A DNA stretch of 64,000 nucleotides from Oscillospiraceae bacterium (GTDB lineage Bacteria > Bacillota > Clostridia > Oscillospirales > Oscillospiraceae). Every line of letters starts with the position of its first letter. Position 1 is the stretch's first letter. Shown in pieces: positions 1 to 10,602 of this stretch. The translations under genes and the position numbers were made by a program. The notes beneath the pieces were generated by a model. It saw only the letters and a list, made by a program, of their open reading frames with translations. It had not been told where the DNA came from and ran no database searches. The stretch is taken from the NCBI GenBank assembly GCA_015068025.1, contig SVLH01000006.1:9920-73919 (forward strand). The letters are read 5' to 3'.

Positions 1-778
1 CCTGACCTACGATCGGGAACTGAAGGAGTTCAAGAGCCCCGAGGTGCTGGTGGAGAAGCTGAAGGAGCGCGACTTCCGCGAGAAGCTGAAGACCTACATC
101 AAGAGCGGCAAGTACAAGATGGGCATGCTCTCTCCCGCAACCGATCCCTACTGGGCCGACTGCTTCGAGTTCTTCACCGCCAAGGACAAGTCCCTGCTGA
201 ACAAGACTCTGCTGCAGGTGACCGAGGAGCGCACCACCGGTCTGCGCTCCGAGATGGTTTACAACAACTGTCTGGAAGTGCTGTTTGATATTGTTGTGGA
301 CGATCCCGAAGTGGAATGGGCGCTGATTAAGGACAAGCGGGAATACATGGGCACCAACCGCCTGATGCGCTCTCCCCGCTGCATGCCCATGACCGACTCC
401 CCCTCCTTCCCCGAGAAGTCCGACAAGTGGCTCAACTGCCTGGGTTACGGCAATCCGCCCCTGTCCTATACCACCATGGTGCGCTATCTGGTGGATGTCT
501 GCCGTGAAGGCGGCGTCATGAGTCTGGAGGAGGCCATCCGCAGAATGACCTCCCAGGCAGCCGACATGCTGGAGATCGGCGACCGCGGCCGCATCGCCGA
601 GGGCATGCAGGCCGACCTGGTGCTGATGGACTGGGAGAACCTGAACTATGTCGTGGATTTCAACGACCCCTCCAAGCAGCCCACCGGCATCCGCAATGTC
701 TGGGTCAACGGCACGCTGGCGATGAACGAAGGCGTTCTGACCCACGACCTGAACGGCCGTGTGCTGACCCGCAGCTGA
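1..778 (+). CDS. N-acyl-D-amino-acid deacylase-like amidohydrolase (5' truncated by window)
   Basis: C-terminal 'MSLEEAIRRMTSQAADMLEIGDRGRIAEGMQADLVL...GIRNVWVNG' is typical of the amidohydrolase_3/D-aminoacylase family; frame is open to the window edge. Confidence 0.7.
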   Translation, partial: LTYDRELKEFKSPEVLVEKLKERDFREKLKTYIKSGKYKMGMLSPATDPYWADCFEFFTAKDKSLLNKTLLQVTEERTTGLRSEMVYNNCLEVLFDIVVDDPEVEWALIKDKREYMGTNRLMRSPRCMPMTDSPSFPEKSDKWLNCLGYGNPPLSYTTMVRYLVDVCREGGVMSLEEAIRRMTSQAADMLEIGDRGRIAEGMQADLVLMDWENLNYVVDFNDPSKQPTGIRNVWVNGTLAMNEGVLTHDLNGRVLTRS

Positions 779-794
779 TTTTTCAATATGCGAA

Positions 795-833
795 ACAGGA
801 AGCCTCTGTCCATGCAGAGGCTTCCTGTCTTTT
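795..833 (+). terminator. Rho-independent terminator
   Basis: acaggaagcctctg-tccatg-cagaggcttcctgt inverted repeat followed by a T run. Confidence 0.8.
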
Positions 834-940
834 CCTGGGGCTGCACGGTTGACAAGGGGAAGGAAAAACGCCTATAATTCCTACAAACGGATCTCCGTGG
901 GCAGGAACTGCGCTGCGGAGAGGAACAGGAGGAACGCGCT

Positions 941-1867
941 GTGAGCCGTATTTATACATCTGTTGAGCAGCTTGTGGGCGGCACGCCCCTTTTGGAACTG
1001 ACCCATCTGGAACAGAAGCTGGGTCTGGAGGCTAAAATTCTGGCCAAGCTGGAGTCCTTCAATCCCGGCGGCTCTGCCAAAGACCGCGTGGCAAAGGCCA
1101 TGCTGGACGATGCGGAGGAGCGCGGAGTGGTGAAGCCGGGCGCGGTCATTATTGAACCCACCTCGGGCAATACGGGCATCGGTCTTGCTGCTGTGGCGGC
1201 AGTGCGGGGCTACCGCGCCGTCATCGTCATGCCCGACACCATGAGCATGGAGCGGCGGCAGCTGATGAAGGCCTACGGCGCGGAACTGGTGCTGACCCCC
1301 GGCGCCAGGGGCATGGCCGGCGCCATCGAAGAGGCGGAGCGGCTGGCGAAGGAGACCCCAAACAGCTTCATTCCCGGCCAGTTTGAAAACCCCGCCAACG
1401 CCGCAGCCCACTATGCCACCACCGGCCCGGAGATCTGGGCGGACACCGATGGCAATGTGGACATTTTCGTGGCAGGCGTGGGCACAGGCGGCACCATTAC
1501 CGGGACGGGTCGCTACCTGAAAGAGAAGAATCCCGCTCTGCGGGTGGTAGCCATCCAGCCCGCAAACTCTCCCGTACTCACTGGCGGCGCTGCCGGGCCT
1601 CACGGACTGCAGGGCATCGGCGCAAACTTCGTGCCCAAGGTGCTGGACACCGCCGCGTATGACGAAGTAGTCTCCGTGACAGAGGAGGACGCCTTCGAGT
1701 GCGTCCGTCAACTGGGCAGCGCCGAGGGCGTGCTGGCAGGTATCTCCGCAGGCGCTGCGCTGTGGGCAGCCATCGAGCAGGCAAAGCGCGCGGAAAACCG
1801 CGGCAAGACGATTGTGGTGCTGCTGCCCGACACGGGTGAGCGCTATCTCTCCGCAGGCATTTTCTGA
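941..1867 (+). CDS. cysK: cysteine synthase A
   Basis: [17 protein letters not shown]-lysine motif, [26 protein letters not shown]; TTGACA/TATAAT promoter at about 849-878. Confidence 0.95.
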   Translation: MSRIYTSVEQLVGGTPLLELTHLEQKLGLEAKILAKLESFNPGGSAKDRVAKAMLDDAEERGVVKPGAVIIEPTSGNTGIGLAAVAAVRGYRAVIVMPDTMSMERRQLMKAYGAELVLTPGARGMAGAIEEAERLAKETPNSFIPGQFENPANAAAHYATTGPEIWADTDGNVDIFVAGVGTGGTITGTGRYLKEKNPALRVVAIQPANSPVLTGGAAGPHGLQGIGANFVPKVLDTAAYDEVVSVTEEDAFECVRQLGSAEGVLAGISAGAALWAAIEQAKRAENRGKTIVVLLPDTGERYLSAGIF

Positions 1868-2004
1868 AATCCCATCCGCCGCAGGCACGCGCTGTCTGCG
1901 GCGGTTTTTTGCGCCTTGTGGGAAAAATCTGCGAAACCACTATGGCACAGGCGGGAAAACATGGTATGATAAGACTGATGAATCAAACTGCAGGAGGTTT
2001 TTCC

Positions 2005-2526
2005 ATGAACGAAACGTTGAAAGTCATCCGCGAACGCCGCAGCATCCGCAAATATAAGACCGAGCAGATCAAGGATACCGAACTGAATGCCATTTTGGAG
2101 GCAGGCACCTGGGCGCCCACGGGCATGGGCAAGCAGTCCCCCGTGATGGTGCTGGTGCAGGACAAGGAAACCATTGAATATATGACCAAGCTGAACGCCG
2201 AGATTCAGGGTCGCCCCGGCACAGACCCCTTCTACGGCGCCCCCACCGTTGTGGTGGTGCTGGCAGACGGCGAGAATCCCAACTGGATGCGTGACGGCTC
2301 TCTGGTCATGGGCAACCTGATGCTGGCGGCCCATTCCGTGGGTGTCGGCTCCTGCTGGATTAACCGCGCGCTGGAACTGTTCGATATGCCCGAGGGAAAG
2401 GCCCTGCTGCGCAAATGGGGTCTGCCCGAAACGCTGCGCGGTGTGGGCAACTGCACCCTGGGCTATGCCGACGGCGAAGCACCTGCGCCCAAGCCCCGCA
2501 AGGACGGCTACATCGTGCGGGTGTGA
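2005..2526 (+). CDS. nitroreductase family protein
   Basis: RRSIRKY, LEAGTWAPTG, NLMLAAHSVGVGSCWI; RBS aggagg before the ATG at 2005. Confidence 0.9.
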   Translation: MNETLKVIRERRSIRKYKTEQIKDTELNAILEAGTWAPTGMGKQSPVMVLVQDKETIEYMTKLNAEIQGRPGTDPFYGAPTVVVVLADGENPNWMRDGSLVMGNLMLAAHSVGVGSCWINRALELFDMPEGKALLRKWGLPETLRGVGNCTLGYADGEAPAPKPRKDGYIVRV

Positions 2527-2527
2527 T

Positions 2528-3196
2528 ATGAAAGAGCTGACGTATCAGGCAGAGCGTGAACTTCTCTGCGAGGTCGGAAAGCGCATGTATGACCGCGGCT
2601 ACGTGGCAGCAAACGACGGCAACATCTCTCTGCGCGTGGCAGAAGATCGGCTGCTGATGACACCTTCGGGGGTCAGCAAGGGCCGCATGACGGCAGATAT
2701 GCTGCTGGTCACCGACCTGGAAGGCCGCGCGCTGGAGGGTGATCGCCACCCCACCTCCGAGGCAAAGATGCACTTGGCGGTGTATCGCAGCCGCAGCGAC
2801 GTGCGGGCGGTGGTGCATGCCCATCCGCCCATCTCCACAGCCTTTGCCGTGTGCCGCCGCGGACTGGAAACACCCTATGTGGCCGAGCTGGTGGTGGGTC
2901 TTGGCAGCGTGCCCTGTACGCCGAAATTTGCCATGCTGTCTACCGAGGAAGTGCCGCAGAGCATCCTGCCCTATGTGGCGGAGCATAACGCGCTGCTGCT
3001 GGCAAACCACGGCGTGCTGACTTGGGGCGGTGACCTTTGGGAGGCATTCGATCGGTTGGAAACCGTGGAGCACACGGCAAAAATCGTGCTCAATGCCCAC
3101 TTGCTGGGTGATCCCGCAGCGCTGACGGCGGAGGAGACCGACCGTCTGCGCGCCTTGCAGGGGATGTACCGCACGCTGAAAGAAAAGACGGTTTGA
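2528..3196 (+). CDS. class II aldolase/adducin family (Ald2/FucA/MtnB-like)
   Basis: [36 protein letters not shown]. Confidence 0.9.
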   Translation: MKELTYQAERELLCEVGKRMYDRGYVAANDGNISLRVAEDRLLMTPSGVSKGRMTADMLLVTDLEGRALEGDRHPTSEAKMHLAVYRSRSDVRAVVHAHPPISTAFAVCRRGLETPYVAELVVGLGSVPCTPKFAMLSTEEVPQSILPYVAEHNALLLANHGVLTWGGDLWEAFDRLETVEHTAKIVLNAHLLGDPAALTAEETDRLRALQGMYRTLKEKTV

Positions 3197-3198
3197 CT

Positions 3199-4272
3199 AT
3201 GGAGAGAAACGACATTCAAAAAGTGACCCACGCGCCCAACATCCGCTACGACAAAGCGGAGGAGGCGCTGTATATCATCGACCAGACCCGCCTCCCCAAC
3301 GAGGAGGTATTCCTGCGAGTAGAAACGGCGGAGGAACTGTATGACGCCATCCGACTGCTGCAGGTGCGGGGCGCACCCGCCATCGGCATCTTTGCCGCCT
3401 ATGCCCTCTATGTGCTGGCGCGGCAGATTCCCGCGGAAGCGGACGTTCTTGCCGAACTGAAAGACCGGGCCGCTTACTTGAACAGCGCCCGCCCCACGGC
3501 GGTGAATTTGGGCTGGGCACTGGGGGAGATGGTGAACGAGGCGGAAAAAAGCGCGGCGCTGCCCCGGAAGGAACTGCTGGAAGCGCTGTATGAAAAGGCG
3601 GCGGCCATCCACGATGACGACATCGCCAAATGCGCTGCCATCGCGGAATACGGTCTGTCCCTTGTGAAGGACGGCGACGGCATCCTGACCCACTGCAACG
3701 CAGGTCCGCTGGCAACCTCCCAGTACGGTACGGCGCTGGGCCCCATCCTGCTGGGCACAGAGCGGGGGATGACGCTGCGGGTCTTTTCCGACGAGACCCG
3801 CCCGCTGCTGCAGGGCGCGCGGCTGACAAGCTACGAGTTGGAGCGTGCCGGGGTGGATGTGACGCTGATCTGCGACAACATGGCCTCCATCGTAATGAAA
3901 AACGGATGGGTGCAGGCCTGTTTTGTAGGCTGTGACCGGGTGGCAGCCAACGGAGATACCGCCAACAAGATCGGCACTTCTGGCGTGGCCATTCTGGCAA
4001 AGCACTACGGGATTCCTTTTTATGTGCTGGGGCCCACCAGCACCGTCGACATGAACTGCCCCGACGGCGCGCACATTCCCATTGAGGAACGCAACGGCGA
4101 CGAGATCCGGACCATGTGGTATGAAAAGCCCATGGCGCTGCCCGAAGTGAAGTGTTACAACCCGGCCTTTGATGTGACGGATCACGACCTGATTACCGCC
4201 ATCGTTACCGAAAAGGGGATCTGCCGCCCGCCGTATACCGAGAGCCTTGCAGCTTTGTTTCGGGCGGAATAA
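3199..4272 (+). CDS. mtnA: S-methyl-5-thioribose-1-phosphate isomerase
   Basis: [55 protein letters not shown]. Confidence 0.95.
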   Translation: MERNDIQKVTHAPNIRYDKAEEALYIIDQTRLPNEEVFLRVETAEELYDAIRLLQVRGAPAIGIFAAYALYVLARQIPAEADVLAELKDRAAYLNSARPTAVNLGWALGEMVNEAEKSAALPRKELLEALYEKAAAIHDDDIAKCAAIAEYGLSLVKDGDGILTHCNAGPLATSQYGTALGPILLGTERGMTLRVFSDETRPLLQGARLTSYELERAGVDVTLICDNMASIVMKNGWVQACFVGCDRVAANGDTANKIGTSGVAILAKHYGIPFYVLGPTSTVDMNCPDGAHIPIEERNGDEIRTMWYEKPMALPEVKCYNPAFDVTDHDLITAIVTEKGICRPPYTESLAALFRAE

Positions 4273-4281
4273 AGGGAAAGG

Positions 4282-5586
4282 ATGTGGAGCAAGTTGCTGT
4301 TTTCCAACATTGACATTCTGGACGAACACTTTGACCATCGCACCGGCTGCTATGTGGGCGTGAAGGCGGGGCGCATCGCCTACATCGGCAAAACTGCGCC
4401 GCAGGAGGACTTTGGTGAGGTCTATGACGGCACCGGCAAGCTGCTCATGCCCGGCTTTTACAACGCCCACAGCCACTCCGCCATGACGCTGATGCGCGGC
4501 TATGCGGAGAATATGGCGCTGAACGATTGGCTGCACAAGCAGATCTTCCCCTTTGAGGCGAAGCTGGACAGCGAGGCCATCTACAACGGCACACTGCTGG
4601 CAGCGGCAGAGATGGTGCGCTTTGGCATCGTGTCCGCCACCGACATGTATTTTGACGGTGAGGCGGTGAGCCGGGCCGTGCTGGACTCCGGCATCAAGAT
4701 GAATTTCGGCCACTCCGTCACCTGCTTCGATGACCGGAGCGCAAGAGAACTGCCGGTCTATGGGGAGACCATGGATGTGCTGCGCCGCTTTCACAATGCA
4801 GAGGGCGGCCGGCTGAAACTGGATCTGGCTATCCACGCCGAATATACCTCCACGCCGAAGGTGGTGGAGGATATGGCCGCCATTGCAAAGGAAACGGGGC
4901 TGAACCTGCACCTCCACCTCTCCGAAACGCAGGCGGAACACGAGGCCTGTAAGGCGCGCCACGGTGGCCGCACCCCCGCCCGCTATTTCTGCGACGCCGG
5001 CGTGTTTGATGTTCCCGCCACCGCCGCCCACTGCGTCTGGCTGGAGGGAGAGGACTTCGACATCCTGAAAGAAAAGGGCGTCACCGTGGCCTGCAATCCC
5101 ATGAGCAACCTGAAGCTTGCCAGCGGCTTCTGCAACGTTCCGAAACTGCTGGATCTGGGCGTGAATGTGGCGCTGGGCACGGACAGCGTTGCCAGCAACA
5201 ACAGCCTGAATATGCTGGAGGAGATCAAACTGTTCGCCACGCTCTTTAAGGCCTCCACCGGCGACCCCACTGCCGTTACCCCGAAGCAGGCCCTTTACGC
5301 CGCCACCCGCGCCGGCGCCCTCTCCCAGGGACGGGCGGACTGCGGGCTGGTGAAGGAGGGCTTCCGGGCGGACCTGATCGTGCTGGATCTGCGTGATCGT
5401 CCCTACCTGCATCCCTGCCACGATATGCTGAATAATGTGGTCTTTTCCGCACAGGGCACGGATGTGTGCCTGACGATGGCGGACGGCCGCGTGCTGTATC
5501 GGGATGGAGCATACCCTACGCTGGACTTGACGTGTGTGGCCGCCAATGCGGAAGCCTCTGTGGCAAAGATCCTGCGCCAACTGTAA
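4282..5586 (+). CDS. mtaD: 5-methylthioadenosine/S-adenosylhomocysteine deaminase-like amidohydrolase
   Basis: PGFYNAHSH, HLHLSET, AAHCVW, NPMSNLKLASG, LGTDSVASNN; directly downstream of mtnA. Confidence 0.8.
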   Translation: MWSKLLFSNIDILDEHFDHRTGCYVGVKAGRIAYIGKTAPQEDFGEVYDGTGKLLMPGFYNAHSHSAMTLMRGYAENMALNDWLHKQIFPFEAKLDSEAIYNGTLLAAAEMVRFGIVSATDMYFDGEAVSRAVLDSGIKMNFGHSVTCFDDRSARELPVYGETMDVLRRFHNAEGGRLKLDLAIHAEYTSTPKVVEDMAAIAKETGLNLHLHLSETQAEHEACKARHGGRTPARYFCDAGVFDVPATAAHCVWLEGEDFDILKEKGVTVACNPMSNLKLASGFCNVPKLLDLGVNVALGTDSVASNNSLNMLEEIKLFATLFKASTGDPTAVTPKQALYAATRAGALSQGRADCGLVKEGFRADLIVLDLRDRPYLHPCHDMLNNVVFSAQGTDVCLTMADGRVLYRDGAYPTLDLTCVAANAEASVAKILRQL

Positions 5587-5591
5587 ACGAA

Positions 5592-5632
5592 AAAGAAGCC
5601 GCCGGAGCCTTTGCTCCGGCGGCTGTTTCTTT
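5592..5632. terminator. bidirectional terminator between convergent genes
   Basis: agccgccggagc/gctccggcggct hairpin flanked by A and T runs. Confidence 0.75.
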
Positions 5633-5641
5633 GATGAGGCG

Positions 5642-5827
5642 TCAGCGCTTGACGGAAATGGCGTTGACGGGGCAGCCGTTGGCGGCGGCGCCGACCCGGA
5701 CGAACTGGGCTTTTTCCGGCTGGGCGAGCACCGTGGAAAACCGGCCTTCAATGCGGAACACCTCCGGCGCCACATAGGCGCACATACCGCAGCCGATGCA
5801 GCGGGTGGTATCTATGGTGACGGTCAT
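5642..5827 (-). CDS. small single-cluster ferredoxin
   Basis: MTVTIDTTRCIGCGMCAYVAPEVF...AANGCPVNAI; RBS aaggag. Confidence 0.85.
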   Translation of the reverse strand: MTVTIDTTRCIGCGMCAYVAPEVFRIEGRFSTVLAQPEKAQFVRVGAAANGCPVNAISVKR

Positions 5828-6019
5828 GGGCAGACTCCTTTTCCTTTGATGCTTCCATTGTAATACACTGCGGCCCATCCGCCAAGTATTTTTTCAGGCG
5901 GCGGAACTTGTAAAATATCGCCACCATTTTGTTTCCGGATTGACATTTACAAGAAAAGCCTCCTGTGTTATCCTGAATACAATACAAGAAGTTGTTTGTC
6001 AAAGACTGGGAGGCACAAT

Positions 6020-9000
6020 ATGAAGCTAATTTTCCGAAAGACACTCTCCGTGCTGCTGGCGTTTGGTCTGCTGCTGCCGCTGTCGCTGCCCGCCCGGGCA
6101 TCCGATGCGCTGGGCAAGGATCTGATCAGCCAGAGCATGGTTTTAAATCAGGGCACGCAGATGACCACCGGCGTGTTCTGGAGCAGCAGCCAGTCCGACC
6201 TGCGCAGAGAAAATCTGATCACCTACACGCCCAACGAGTCCGTGAAACCCATCGTGACCTACGGCAGCGTGCTGACGGAGAAGAACACGGTTTCCCGCAC
6301 GGCGCGCCAGCTGGAGGCAGCGGGCTACCGCGTAGTGGCGGGCATGAACGGCGACTTTTACAATGTAAATAACGGCCTGCCCATCGGCGTGGTCATCACC
6401 GAGGGTGAGCTGCGCAGCAGCGACGCCGGCTATTACGCCATCGGCTTCCGCGCCGACGGAACGGCGGTGCTGGGCCGGCCCCAGGCGGCCACGTATCTGG
6501 ATCTGACGCCCCGCGCTCCCGCTGCCGCGGAGCCGGACGCGGGAGATCCCGCAGAAGAACCTGCGGAAATGCCCGAAGAAGCGCCCGTGGAGACGGCGGA
6601 AGTCCAGCAGGTGCTGCGCAAAGTCGCAGGCATCAACAAGGCGCGGGTCTCCAATGGTGGGATCTACGTCTATACCCGCGATTTCAATGCCGCCCACACC
6701 ACCGGAACGGTGGAGTCCGGCGTGGATGTAGTCTGCGCCGTGGTTGAAGGACGGCTGGCCATCGGGCAGACGATGAAGCTGCGGGTGGAGCGCGTGACGG
6801 AAACGTCCGCCGCCACCCACGTGGAGGAAGGACAGGTTGTGCTGTCCGCCAATGTGCAGTCCGGCGTCTATTATACATCCGCGCTGAAAGGGCTGACCGT
6901 GGGGCAGGAGATCACCCTGACCTGCACCTCTGCCGAACCGGTGTGGAATGAAGTGGAATATGCGGTGGGTGCGCTGTACTCTCTGGTGGAGAACGGGGCT
7001 GTGGTGTCCTCTCTGCCCGCCGGCGCCAATCCCCGCACTGCCGTCGGCCAGAAAAAGGACGGCACCCTGATCTTCTACACCATCGATGGACGGCAGGCCG
7101 ATCACTCCATCGGCGCCTCCATGACGCAGGTGGCGCAGCGGCTTGTTGAGCTGGGCTGCGTGACGGCGCTGTGCCTGGACGGCGGCGGCTCCACCACCCT
7201 TGCCGTGACCCAGCCGGACGCCCAGACGGCAACGCTGCTCAATCTGCCATCCGGCGGAAGCGAGCGAGCGGTTTCCAATCAGATTTTTCTGGTGGCGGAC
7301 GCCACGCCCACCGGACGGATCGGCTCGTTTCACATGAGTGCGGAAAACAGATTTGTGCTGGCCGGCGGCCGGGTAGAGGTTCGGGCAACGGCCATCGACA
7401 CCAACTATATCCCCATGCCGGACGCCCAGTATGACCTGTGGAGCAGTGCCGGCGCGCTGGAAGGGAACATACTGACCACACCGGAGGAGGGCGGAGATAT
7501 TATCGTCACCGCCGAAAGCGAGGGCAGACAGGGGATCACCACCGTCTATGCCATCACGAATCCGGACCGGCTGATGATTTGCAGCAGCAGCGGGGAAACG
7601 CTGAATGAGCTGAACGTTTCCCCCGGCACCACGATGCAGCTGCGGGGCACTGCCCTCTATGGCAACATTGTGCTGAAAACGAATGCCGAGCAGTTTACAT
7701 GGTCGGTGACAGGCAACATCGGCACGATCGATGAAGAAGGCGTGTTCCGTGCACATACCCCCGGCACGGGAACGATCACGGTCTCCGCTGCGGGAAAAAC
7801 GGCGAAAGTCCGGGTCACGGTGTCCGAAATGCCCTTGATGCGCATTGAGGATTTTGAGCAGGAACACACCATTTTTGATGTGGAACAGGACGAAAATGTG
7901 TCCGTGTCGCAGACGAAAGCGGAGGCATTTGTCCGCTTGGGTCGCACGGCGGGCGCGCTTACCTACACGCTGACGGAGGATGAAAACCAGACGCTGTCTG
8001 CCGTGTTCCGCACCGATGTTCCGTTGAACGGCGCATACAGCGCCGTGAATCTGTGGGTCTATGGCGACGGCTCCGGCAACCTGCTGGAACTGCTGTATCA
8101 CCACACGGAGGACGGAGAACAGCGCCGGCAGATCACCGTGCTGGACTTTACCGGCTGGCAGTCCTTTGCGGTGGAGCTCTGGAATGCGGATGCCCTGCTG
8201 GGCCTTGCGGTCAGCGGCGGACAGGCCGAGGAAGTGTATGAGGACAGCGGGACCCCTGCGGAGGATGCGGCTGTTGAGGAGACCGCTGCTGCAGAGACAG
8301 ACCCTGCTTCGGAAGAAAATGCTGCCGAGGAAGACGCTGCCGCGGAGGAAGACGCCGCTGCGCAGGAGCCTGCGGCAGAGGAAGTCGCCCCGGAGCCTGA
8401 CGGCACGATCTATATTGACCAGATCGTGTCCGCCTTCTGCGGTGTGATCGATCAGGAAGCGCCCGCCATTCTGCCTGTTTTGGAGAACGGGCAGCTCACG
8501 GCGGAGATCAAAGACGCGGTGGACGGCATCCTGCCGGCAGACGCCCTGCGCGCAAGTTATGACGGCGCGGCCCTGGAATTCCAATATGATGCGGAGACCG
8601 GTATGCTGACGGCCACGCTGCCGGAGAGCGACGGCGCGGCGCACCGTGTCACGGTGGCGGCGGCTGACGCATCCGGTAATCTGGGTCGTGCCTCGCTGGA
8701 CATTCCCGCGGGTGAGGACTGGACCTCCCGGTTTACGGATATGCAGGGTCATTGGAGCGAAGCCTATGTGGATTACCTGCATACCGCCGGCATTACCGGC
8801 GGCTATGCGGACGGCACCTTCCACCCGGACGAGAAGATCTCCCGTGCCCAGTTTGCGACCATGCTGTTCCGCTATCTGGGACTGGACGCGGAGCAGTATG
8901 CGGAGGTAGAGCTGCCCTTTGCGGATATTGACAAGATTCCCGCCTATGCGCTGCCTGCGATCAAGGCGCTGTATACGGAGGGTGTTGTGAACGGAAGTAC

Positions 9001-9268
9001 GGGAACCGACGGATTGCAGTATTTCAATCCCGGCAATACCCTGACCCGGGCACAGGCGGCGGCCATGCTGGGTCGTACCATGGAAAAGGGTTATGCTTCC
9101 GTGGAACTGCCCTTCACGGATGCAGCCGCGATCCCGAACTATGCCAGAGGCCACATCCAGACGCTGGCCGCCATCGGTGTGTTCGGCGGCTACGGCGACG
9201 GAACGTTCCGTCCCGGCAGCCCCCTCACCCGGGGACAGACGGCCAAGATCCTGTATCATCTGCTGTAA
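6020..9268 (+). CDS. secreted phosphodiester glycosidase (NAGPA-like) protein with Ig-like region and three C-terminal SLH domains
   Basis: signal peptide; AGMNGDFY, NPRTAVG, IDGRQ, LDGGGST motifs; SLH repeats (GYADGTFHPDEKISRAQFA, FNPGNTLTRAQAA, GYGDGTFRPGSPLTRGQTA). Confidence 0.85.
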   Translation: MKLIFRKTLSVLLAFGLLLPLSLPARASDALGKDLISQSMVLNQGTQMTTGVFWSSSQSDLRRENLITYTPNESVKPIVTYGSVLTEKNTVSRTARQLEAAGYRVVAGMNGDFYNVNNGLPIGVVITEGELRSSDAGYYAIGFRADGTAVLGRPQAATYLDLTPRAPAAAEPDAGDPAEEPAEMPEEAPVETAEVQQVLRKVAGINKARVSNGGIYVYTRDFNAAHTTGTVESGVDVVCAVVEGRLAIGQTMKLRVERVTETSAATHVEEGQVVLSANVQSGVYYTSALKGLTVGQEITLTCTSAEPVWNEVEYAVGALYSLVENGAVVSSLPAGANPRTAVGQKKDGTLIFYTIDGRQADHSIGASMTQVAQRLVELGCVTALCLDGGGSTTLAVTQPDAQTATLLNLPSGGSERAVSNQIFLVADATPTGRIGSFHMSAENRFVLAGGRVEVRATAIDTNYIPMPDAQYDLWSSAGALEGNILTTPEEGGDIIVTAESEGRQGITTVYAITNPDRLMICSSSGETLNELNVSPGTTMQLRGTALYGNIVLKTNAEQFTWSVTGNIGTIDEEGVFRAHTPGTGTITVSAAGKTAKVRVTVSEMPLMRIEDFEQEHTIFDVEQDENVSVSQTKAEAFVRLGRTAGALTYTLTEDENQTLSAVFRTDVPLNGAYSAVNLWVYGDGSGNLLELLYHHTEDGEQRRQITVLDFTGWQSFAVELWNADALLGLAVSGGQAEEVYEDSGTPAEDAAVEETAAAETDPASEENAAEEDAAAEEDAAAQEPAAEEVAPEPDGTIYIDQIVSAFCGVIDQEAPAILPVLENGQLTAEIKDAVDGILPADALRASYDGAALEFQYDAETGMLTATLPESDGAAHRVTVAAADASGNLGRASLDIPAGEDWTSRFTDMQGHWSEAYVDYLHTAGITGGYADGTFHPDEKISRAQFATMLFRYLGLDAEQYAEVELPFADIDKIPAYALPAIKALYTEGVVNGSTGTDGLQYFNPGNTLTRAQAAAMLGRTMEKGYASVELPFTDAAAIPNYARGHIQTLAAIGVFGGYGDGTFRPGSPLTRGQTAKILYHLL

Positions 9269-9275
9269 AACGAAT

Positions 9276-9313
9276 AGAAAAACCATCCACGCAAACGCGT
9301 GGATGGTTTTTCT
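9276..9313. terminator. bidirectional terminator ending the phage-derived tail operon and the SLH gene
   Basis: perfect hairpin agaaaaaccatccacgc-aaac-gcgtggatggtttttct immediately after the XkdU-like stop. Confidence 0.85.
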
Positions 9314-9823
9314 TTATGCCCGAAACTCCATGAAGATGCCGCCATGCAGGGTGGAAAAACGCGGCTGTGTGCCGGTCATGGCTCCCACAGGGGTCACCTC
9401 TATGGAGAGGTGGGCGGGCTTCAGGCGGGCAAGTGCCCGTTCCAGAGCAGCGGTGTCCTCCGGAACGCGATTGTTTGCGATCACATTCAGGAAAACACGA
9501 AAATTGGCGAAATCTTCCGTGATCTCGGCGCTGTCGGCACCGCCCAGCGTAGCCGCCAGCTCTGCCAGATATGCGGGGGTCAGCGTGCGGCCGCCCGCCA
9601 TGGCGATGCGGATGTCCAGCCGTCGCCTTTCCGCATTGCCGCCGGAGCGATCCTGCAGACCGTAATCTGCCTCCCAGAGGGAGAGCGCGTCCGTGGCGGT
9701 GTTGACACACACCTGCGCATTTTTGCTGGCCACGGCGTCCAGAAGAAAGGCCTCACCGGCGGCCACGGAGGAGAGGGTTTCCCCCACGGGGGAAAGGGTT
9801 GTTAAAAATTCCGGAAGCTTCAT
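9314..9823 (-). CDS. baseplate wedge/fibre-attachment protein, XkdU/YmfQ (DUF2313)-like
   Basis: 'VNTATDALSLWEADYGL...ERRRLDI' and 'LERALARLKPAHL' motifs; start overlaps the XkdT-like stop. Confidence 0.8.
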   Translation of the reverse strand: MKLPEFLTTLSPVGETLSSVAAGEAFLLDAVASKNAQVCVNTATDALSLWEADYGLQDRSGGNAERRRLDIRIAMAGGRTLTPAYLAELAATLGGADSAEITEDFANFRVFLNVIANNRVPEDTAALERALARLKPAHLSIEVTPVGAMTGTQPRFSTLHGGIFMEFRA

Positions 9824-10602
9824 GCGCCTGCCTCCTGCAAGGACAGCGTGCCGCACACCGGCACCGCGTTTTCGGCCAGGATCAGGCTCTGGTCGCCGCC
9901 ATTGAGAGCGAAGCCGCTCACATCCGCTACGCCCTCACAGTCCAGCAAAAGGCGCAGAGCCTTGGAGTAGCTGACCGTGGTGGTGCGCAGTGCCAGGTCA
10001 CGGCAGAAGCTTGTCAAAGCGGCGGTAAATGCGGCGCAGACGGCTTCGATCTCGGCACCGTCCATCAGTCTGACCGCGGCGGAAACGTTCAGCGCCGTTT
10101 CTTCGGCGGCAAGGACGCGCGCATCGGCGCCGATGGGGCGCTCTCGATCCACCGCGGCCTGCGCTGCGGCAAGAACTGCGGCAGAGGGCGCTTTTCCGTC
10201 CGAAGCCACCGCCACAATGTCCACGGTACCGTTTCCTCTGGCCAGAGGGAACACTTTCACGCGCAGGAGATCGGGGCTTTCCAGACACCAGGCCTCGTAG
10301 TGGTCGATGTTGCCGGAGGCGGGGATGCCGGCCAGCTTTTCCAGTGTGCGGGCGCGCAGATCCTCGTCGCTTTCGTTTTCGCGGCGCACAACGCCGCGGT
10401 CTGCGCAGACGGCGGTCAGCCAGTCGCCGATGGCGGTGGAAACGAAAGCGCGGCGTTCCAGTCCGTCAATGTCCATGCTCCACAGCTGTGCCATGCCGTC
10501 GGCACAGGCACGGAGCACGTCGCCGGCAAAGGTGCCCTCCCGTGTGCTGCCGGGGCCGGCATAGGCGTCCAGCAGCAGCGTCAACATTTCATCCTTGGTC
10601 AT
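9820..10602 (-). CDS. baseplate J/XkdT-like protein (internally shortened)
   Basis: REGTFAGD, ESDEDLRAR, SGNIDHYEAW, VFPLARGNGTVDIV, RPIGADARV. Confidence 0.9.
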   Translation of the reverse strand: MTKDEMLTLLLDAYAGPGSTREGTFAGDVLRACADGMAQLWSMDIDGLERRAFVSTAIGDWLTAVCADRGVVRRENESDEDLRARTLEKLAGIPASGNIDHYEAWCLESPDLLRVKVFPLARGNGTVDIVAVASDGKAPSAAVLAAAQAAVDRERPIGADARVLAAEETALNVSAAVRLMDGAEIEAVCAAFTAALTSFCRDLALRTTTVSYSKALRLLLDCEGVADVSGFALNGGDQSLILAENAVPVCGTLSLQEAGA

